Below, piece after piece: positions 28,232-32,000 of a stretch of 32,000 nucleotides of DNA. The DNA comes from Micrococcus luteus NCTC 2665 (lineage in GTDB: Bacteria > Actinomycetota > Actinomycetes > Actinomycetales > Micrococcaceae), in the NCBI RefSeq assembly GCF_000023205.1, contig NC_012803.1:1170001-1202000 (forward strand). The letters are read 5' to 3'. Positions within the stretch are counted from its first letter, which is position 1, and each line of letters begins with the position of its first letter. The position numbers were made by a program, and so were the translations under genes. A model generated the notes under the pieces. The model searched no databases. It saw only the letters and a program-made list of their open reading frames with translations, and was not told the DNA's origin.

Positions 28232-30601
28232 ATGACTTCCCCGCTCACTCGCCTGCACGACACGTTGGGGCTCCGCACGAGTCCGGCGATCTTCTTCGGC
28301 TCCGCCGCCGCGGTCGTTCTCTTCACCGCCGCGATGGGCCTGTTCCCGGGCCCGGTCCAGGCGGCCTTCGGCGTGGTCTCGAGCTGGCTGCGCTACGACG
28401 TCGGCTGGATCTACACCCTCAGCCTGACCCTGCTGGTGGCGTTCCTGTTCATCCTCGCCGTGACCCGGTACGGCCGGGTCAAGCTCGGCGACGACGACGC
28501 GGTGCCGGAGTACTCCGGCCTGACCTGGTTCGGCATGATGTTCGCCGCCGGCGTCGGCGCGGTGCTGATGTTCTGGGGCATCGCGGAGCCGATGAACCAC
28601 TACGCCAACCCGCCCATGGCGGGGACGGAGCCGTTCTCCGACCGCGCGGCCTCGGAGGCCATGGCGATCGCGAACTTTCACTTCGGCATCCACATGTGGG
28701 CGATCCTGCTCGTCCCGGGCCTGTGCTTCGGCTACTTCACGTACAAGCGCAAGCTGCCCCCGCGCGTGTCCTCCGCCTTCCAGCCCCTCCTCGGCGATCG
28801 CATCCACGGCCCCATCGGCAAGACGATCGACATCATCGCCGTGGTCTCCACCGTGTTCGGCCTCGGCGTGTCCGTGGGCCTGGGCGCCCTGCAGATCAAC
28901 GCGGGCATGAACTACGTGCTGGGCACCCCCGTGGCCGGCTGGGTCCAGGCGCTCATCCTGGCCGTCGTCACCGCCGTGGGCACGGCCTCCGTGCTGGTCG
29001 GCATGGACAAGGGCGTCAAGCGGCTGTCCTACGCCAACCTCCTGCTGGCGATCGCCCTGCTCGTGTACGTCCTGATGTGGGCCGTCTCCAGCATGGACGT
29101 CATCCGCGGCACCGTGCAGGCGATCGGCGAGTACGCCTCGATGCTGCCCGTGCTCTCCACCTACAACGACACGTACAACTCGGGCCAGTGGTCCGGTGAC
29201 TGGACCGTCTTCTACTGGGCCTGGACCGTCACGTGGGCGCCCTTCGTGGGGATGTTCTTCGCCCGTATCTTGCGCGGCCGCACCATCCGCTCGTTCATCG
29301 TGGCCGGCCTGGGCCTGCCCACGGCGTTCGTCATCATCTGGATGGGCATCTACGGCTACTCCGCGTTCCAGTCGGACCGCGCCACCGCGCCGGCGCCGGG
29401 CCAGGGCGGTGACCTGACGCAGACGATCGTCACCGACGGCAACGTCCAGGCCGCCCTGTTCCAGCACCTGCAGGGCATGCCGCTCTACACGGTGGCCGCG
29501 GTCGTGGCGCTCGTGGTCATCACGCTGTTCTTCATCACCTCGATCGACTCGGGTGCGCTCGTCATGGACGCGATGGCCAACGGCCACGAGGATGCGGCGC
29601 CCCGCCGCCAGTCCGTGTTCTGGGCCGTGTCCATCGGCGCGGTCTGCGCGGCCATCATCCTCACCGCGGGCGAGAACGGCCTGGCGGCGCTGCAGGAGGT
29701 CATCATCGTGATCGGCCTGCCCATCCTGCTCATCACCGTCACGCAGGCCGCACTGCTGCTGCAGGCCCTGCGCGAGGACGCGGGTGCCGCGCGGCCCATG
29801 CGGACCCGCCAGTGGAAGCAGGTGCTGCCGGTGGAAGAGTACCGCCGCCGCGCCACCGAGGACGGCGTGGACGTCTCGGACTTCGTGATCCGCCCCGAGT
29901 TCGAGGTCGGCACCGAGCCGGAGAACGACACGCACACCCCGAGGACGTGGCACCAGCAGCGCATCGACGCGGCCAAGGCCCTCGTCACCGTCGGCCTGAC
30001 CGGCGGCATCGCCGCGGGCCGCACCGAGGTCGGCGTGGAGCTCGAGCGGCTGGGCGCCGTCGTCGTGGAGTTCGACGACCTGATGGGGGAGATCCTCGTG
30101 CCCGGCAACCCCGTGCTCGAGGAGCTCCGCTCGGTCTTCGGCGAGGACATCGTCCGCGCGGACGGCACCCTGGACGCGCGCACCCTCAACCGGCTCACCA
30201 CCGAGAGCTCGACCGCCCGGACGCGCATGTACGAGATCGTCTCCCCGGCGGTGCGCGACGAGGCGAACCGCCGGGCCCGCGAGGTCGGCGAGGACTCCGT
30301 GCTGGTGGTCGACCTGGCCCTGCTGGCCGAGACCGGCTCCGAGCACGACTTCGATCAGGTGCTGGCCGTCTCTGCTCCCGCCGAGGTGCGTGTCGCCCGG
30401 CTCATGGAGTCCCACGACATTTCCCGCGAGCGGGCCTGGGCCTTCATCGATGAGGAGGCGGTGGACGAGGAGCGGGCCGAGATCGCGGACACCGTGATCG
30501 AGAACGACGGCTCGCTCGAGGACCTGCAGGAGGCCGTCCGGGCATACTGGGAGGCCAAGATCCAGCCTCAGCTCGAGGCCGCCCGAGGAGAGCGCGTATG
30601 A
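28232..30601 (+). CDS. BCCT-family (betaine/carnitine/choline) transporter fused to a C-terminal dephospho-CoA-kinase-like domain with Walker-A Lys->Arg
   Basis: One uninterrupted 789-codon ORF. BCCT blocks: FAAGVGAVLMFWGIAEP, WTVFYWAWTVTWAPFVGMFFARILRGRTIRSF, ITSIDSGALV. From about nt 29975 the sequence VGLTGGIAAGRT...ADGTLD...IVSP...LLAETG...ADTVIENDG is colinear with the next gene's CoaE. GGGAGA lies 4 nt upstream of the ATG. Confidence 0.85.
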   Translation: MTSPLTRLHDTLGLRTSPAIFFGSAAAVVLFTAAMGLFPGPVQAAFGVVSSWLRYDVGWIYTLSLTLLVAFLFILAVTRYGRVKLGDDDAVPEYSGLTWFGMMFAAGVGAVLMFWGIAEPMNHYANPPMAGTEPFSDRAASEAMAIANFHFGIHMWAILLVPGLCFGYFTYKRKLPPRVSSAFQPLLGDRIHGPIGKTIDIIAVVSTVFGLGVSVGLGALQINAGMNYVLGTPVAGWVQALILAVVTAVGTASVLVGMDKGVKRLSYANLLLAIALLVYVLMWAVSSMDVIRGTVQAIGEYASMLPVLSTYNDTYNSGQWSGDWTVFYWAWTVTWAPFVGMFFARILRGRTIRSFIVAGLGLPTAFVIIWMGIYGYSAFQSDRATAPAPGQGGDLTQTIVTDGNVQAALFQHLQGMPLYTVAAVVALVVITLFFITSIDSGALVMDAMANGHEDAAPRRQSVFWAVSIGAVCAAIILTAGENGLAALQEVIIVIGLPILLITVTQAALLLQALREDAGAARPMRTRQWKQVLPVEEYRRRATEDGVDVSDFVIRPEFEVGTEPENDTHTPRTWHQQRIDAAKALVTVGLTGGIAAGRTEVGVELERLGAVVVEFDDLMGEILVPGNPVLEELRSVFGEDIVRADGTLDARTLNRLTTESSTARTRMYEIVSPAVRDEANRRAREVGEDSVLVVDLALLAETGSEHDFDQVLAVSAPAEVRVARLMESHDISRERAWAFIDEEAVDEERAEIADTVIENDGSLEDLQEAVRAYWEAKIQPQLEAARGERV

Positions 30602-31245
30602 CCGAGACCGACCCGGTGGCCGAACGGCCGCGCGTCCATGTGGGCCTGACCGGCGGGATCGCCGCCGGCAAGTCCGCGGTGGCCCGTGTCCTGCAGGAGC
30701 GTGGCGCGCTCCTGGTGGACTCGGACGCCCTTGCCCGGCTGGTCCTCGAGAAGGGCACCGACGGGCTGGCCGCCGTCCGGGACGAGTTCGGGGACCGCGT
30801 CATCACCGCGGACGGTGAGCTCGACCGCGTCGAGATGGCCCGCATCGTCTTCGGGGACGAGGGTGCCCGACAGCGCCTGAACCGCATCGTGCACCCCCGG
30901 ATCCGGGCTGCGGCCCGGCGCATCGTCGCCGAGGCCGGGCCGGACGCCGTCGTGGTGCAGGACGTACCGCTGCTGGTGGAGACCGGGCAGGCGGACGCGT
31001 TCGACCTCGTGATCGTGGTGGAGGCCCCGCTCGAGGAGCGTCTGCGCCGGATGGTGGAGGACCGCGGCATGAGCCGCGCGGACGCCGAGGCGCGGATCGC
31101 GGCCCAGGCCACGGACGAGCAGAGGCGCGCCGTCGCGGACGTCGTCATCGTCAACGACGCCGACCTCGGGCGGCTCGCGTCCGTGGCGAACCAGGTGTGG
31201 GACCGGTTCCTCGCCCCCGACGCGGCTGAGCCCTCGGCGGACTGA
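30598..31245 (+). CDS. coaE: Dephospho-CoA kinase
   Basis: VGLTGGIAAGKS (P-loop), LVDSDALAR, ADGELDR, IVHPRI, VPLLVETG, AQATDEQRRAVADVVIVNDADL. The ATG overlaps the upstream stop (ATGA), with GAGGAG 7 nt upstream. Conserved position between rpsA and uvrB. Confidence 0.9.
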   Translation: MTETDPVAERPRVHVGLTGGIAAGKSAVARVLQERGALLVDSDALARLVLEKGTDGLAAVRDEFGDRVITADGELDRVEMARIVFGDEGARQRLNRIVHPRIRAAARRIVAEAGPDAVVVQDVPLLVETGQADAFDLVIVVEAPLEERLRRMVEDRGMSRADAEARIAAQATDEQRRAVADVVIVNDADLGRLASVANQVWDRFLAPDAAEPSAD

Positions 31246-31254
31246 CCGCCGGGA

Positions 31255-31276
31255 TGTCCGGGGCGCGACGTAGGGT
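31255..31276 (+). promoter_or_regulatory. Candidate uvrB promoter: TGTCcGgG-N8-TAGGGT, with the -10 exactly 6 nt upstream of the ATG
   Basis: Read directly: aTGTCCGGGgcgcgacgTAGGGTtctgccATG. It resembles the actinobacterial RecA-NDp/PafBC-type motif (tTGTCRgtg-N8-TAnnnT, recalled from the literature). No Shine-Dalgarno. Confidence 0.3.
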
Positions 31277-31282
31277 TCTGCC

Positions 31283-31999
31283 ATGAGCCTGGCCCAGAAG
31301 ATCAACCGCGTCGTCGCCCCGTTCGAGGTCATCTCCCCGTACCAGCCCTCCGGTGACCAGCCGAAGGCCATCGCCGAGCTCGCCGAGCGCGTGGAGGCGG
31401 GGGAGAAGGACGTCGTCCTGATGGGCGCCACCGGCACGGGCAAGTCGGCGACGACGGCGTGGCTCGTCGAGCGCCTCCAGCGGCCCACGCTGGTGATGGT
31501 GCAGAACAAGACGCTCGCCGCGCAGCTGGCCAACGAGTTCCGCGAGCTGCTGCCCAACAACGCGGTCGAGTACTTCGTCTCCTACTACGACTACTACCAG
31601 CCCGAGGCGTACGTCCCGCAGACGGACACCTTCATCGAGAAGGACTCCTCCATCAACGAGGAGGTCGAGCGGCTGCGCCACTCGGCCACGAACGCGCTGC
31701 TGACCCGGCGGGACGTGATCGTGGTGGCCACGGTCTCCTGCATCTACGGCCTCGGCACCCCCGAGGAGTACATCGAGCAGATGGTCACCCTGCGCCGCGG
31801 TGCGGAGATGGACCGGGACGTGCTCCTGCGGCGGTTCGTGCAGATGCAGTACGTGCGCAATGACGTCGACTTCCACCGCGGCACCTTCCGGGTGCGGGGG
31901 GACACCGTGGAGATCATCCCCATGTACGAGGAGCTCGCGGTGCGCATCGAGTTCTTCGGGGACGAGATCGAGTCCATCCAGACCCTGCACCCGCTCACC
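31283..31999 (+). CDS. uvrB: Excinuclease ABC subunit B, N-terminal part (runs off the window)
   Basis: My own translation of the open frame: [60 protein letters not shown]...[36 protein letters not shown]. Absent from the ORF track because there is no stop inside the window. Confidence 0.93.
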   Translation, partial: MSLAQKINRVVAPFEVISPYQPSGDQPKAIAELAERVEAGEKDVVLMGATGTGKSATTAWLVERLQRPTLVMVQNKTLAAQLANEFRELLPNNAVEYFVSYYDYYQPEAYVPQTDTFIEKDSSINEEVERLRHSATNALLTRRDVIVVATVSCIYGLGTPEEYIEQMVTLRRGAEMDRDVLLRRFVQMQYVRNDVDFHRGTFRVRGDTVEIIPMYEELAVRIEFFGDEIESIQTLHPLT

Positions 32000-32000
32000 G

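Noticed and set aside
29993-30669. A 27-nt segment that is 25/27 identical between the fused CoaE-like domain (29993-30019) and coaE (30643-30669), considered as evidence for a recent duplication or gene conversion.
   Set aside because: Both segments encode the identical peptide GLTGGIAAG, and the two differences are synonymous third positions. With strong GC3 codon bias this identity is expected from protein conservation alone. The rest of the two domains is clearly diverged, so any duplication is old.
1-32000. CRISPR arrays, IS elements, prophage or defence-island signatures, and compositional islands.
   Set aside because: No regularly spaced repeats, terminal inverted repeats, transposase/integrase-like ORFs or obvious low-GC stretches were seen. 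Every ORF larger than ~90 aa that I accept has a housekeeping or transport assignment.

Overview
Very GC-rich (about 70% by eye), gene-dense chromosomal core segment of an actinobacterium, probably Micrococcales-like. All calls come from reading the ORF translations and the sequence, with no searches run.

Gene order:
- distal trp cluster (two small membrane proteins, trpC, trpB, trpA), lgt, gltB, gltD, pyk (+)
- ANTAR response regulator pdtaR (-)
- tRNA-Leu(CAA), then a six-gene Mrp/Mnh Na+/H+ antiporter operon with fused A/B subunit (+)
- PaaI-type thioesterase (-)
- polA, Eis-like GNAT acetyltransferase (+)
- rpsA (+)
- YigZ/IMPACT-family protein, RsmC/RlmG-like methyltransferase (-)
- BCCT transporter fused to a CoaE-like domain, canonical coaE, 5' part of uvrB (+)

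From memory, this matches the conserved actinobacterial backbone trp-lgt ... pyk ... pdtaR ... polA-rpsA-coaE-uvrB seen in mycobacteria.

I see no transposases, integrases, CRISPR arrays, toxin-antitoxin or defence-type genes. Intergenic gaps are all about 200 bp or less, so there is little room for an unannotated multi-gene system.

The most unusual item is a single 789-codon ORF joining a BCCT carrier to a divergent dephospho-CoA-kinase paralogue. Its Walker-A lysine is replaced by arginine, and it is translationally coupled (ATGA) to the genuine coaE.

Secondary observations:
- candidate leaderless promoters (TANNNT 6-7 nt before the ATG) for pyk, yigZ and uvrB; the uvrB one resembles the RecA-NDp/PafBC-type motif
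- a 6-codon mini-ORF with a duplicated Shine-Dalgarno repeat inside the trp cluster
- a tRNA-3'-end-like fragment just upstream of tRNA-Leu
- hairpins at convergent gene ends that contain both stop codons

The many very long antisense and alternative-frame ORFs in the track are typical high-GC shadow ORFs and were rejected.
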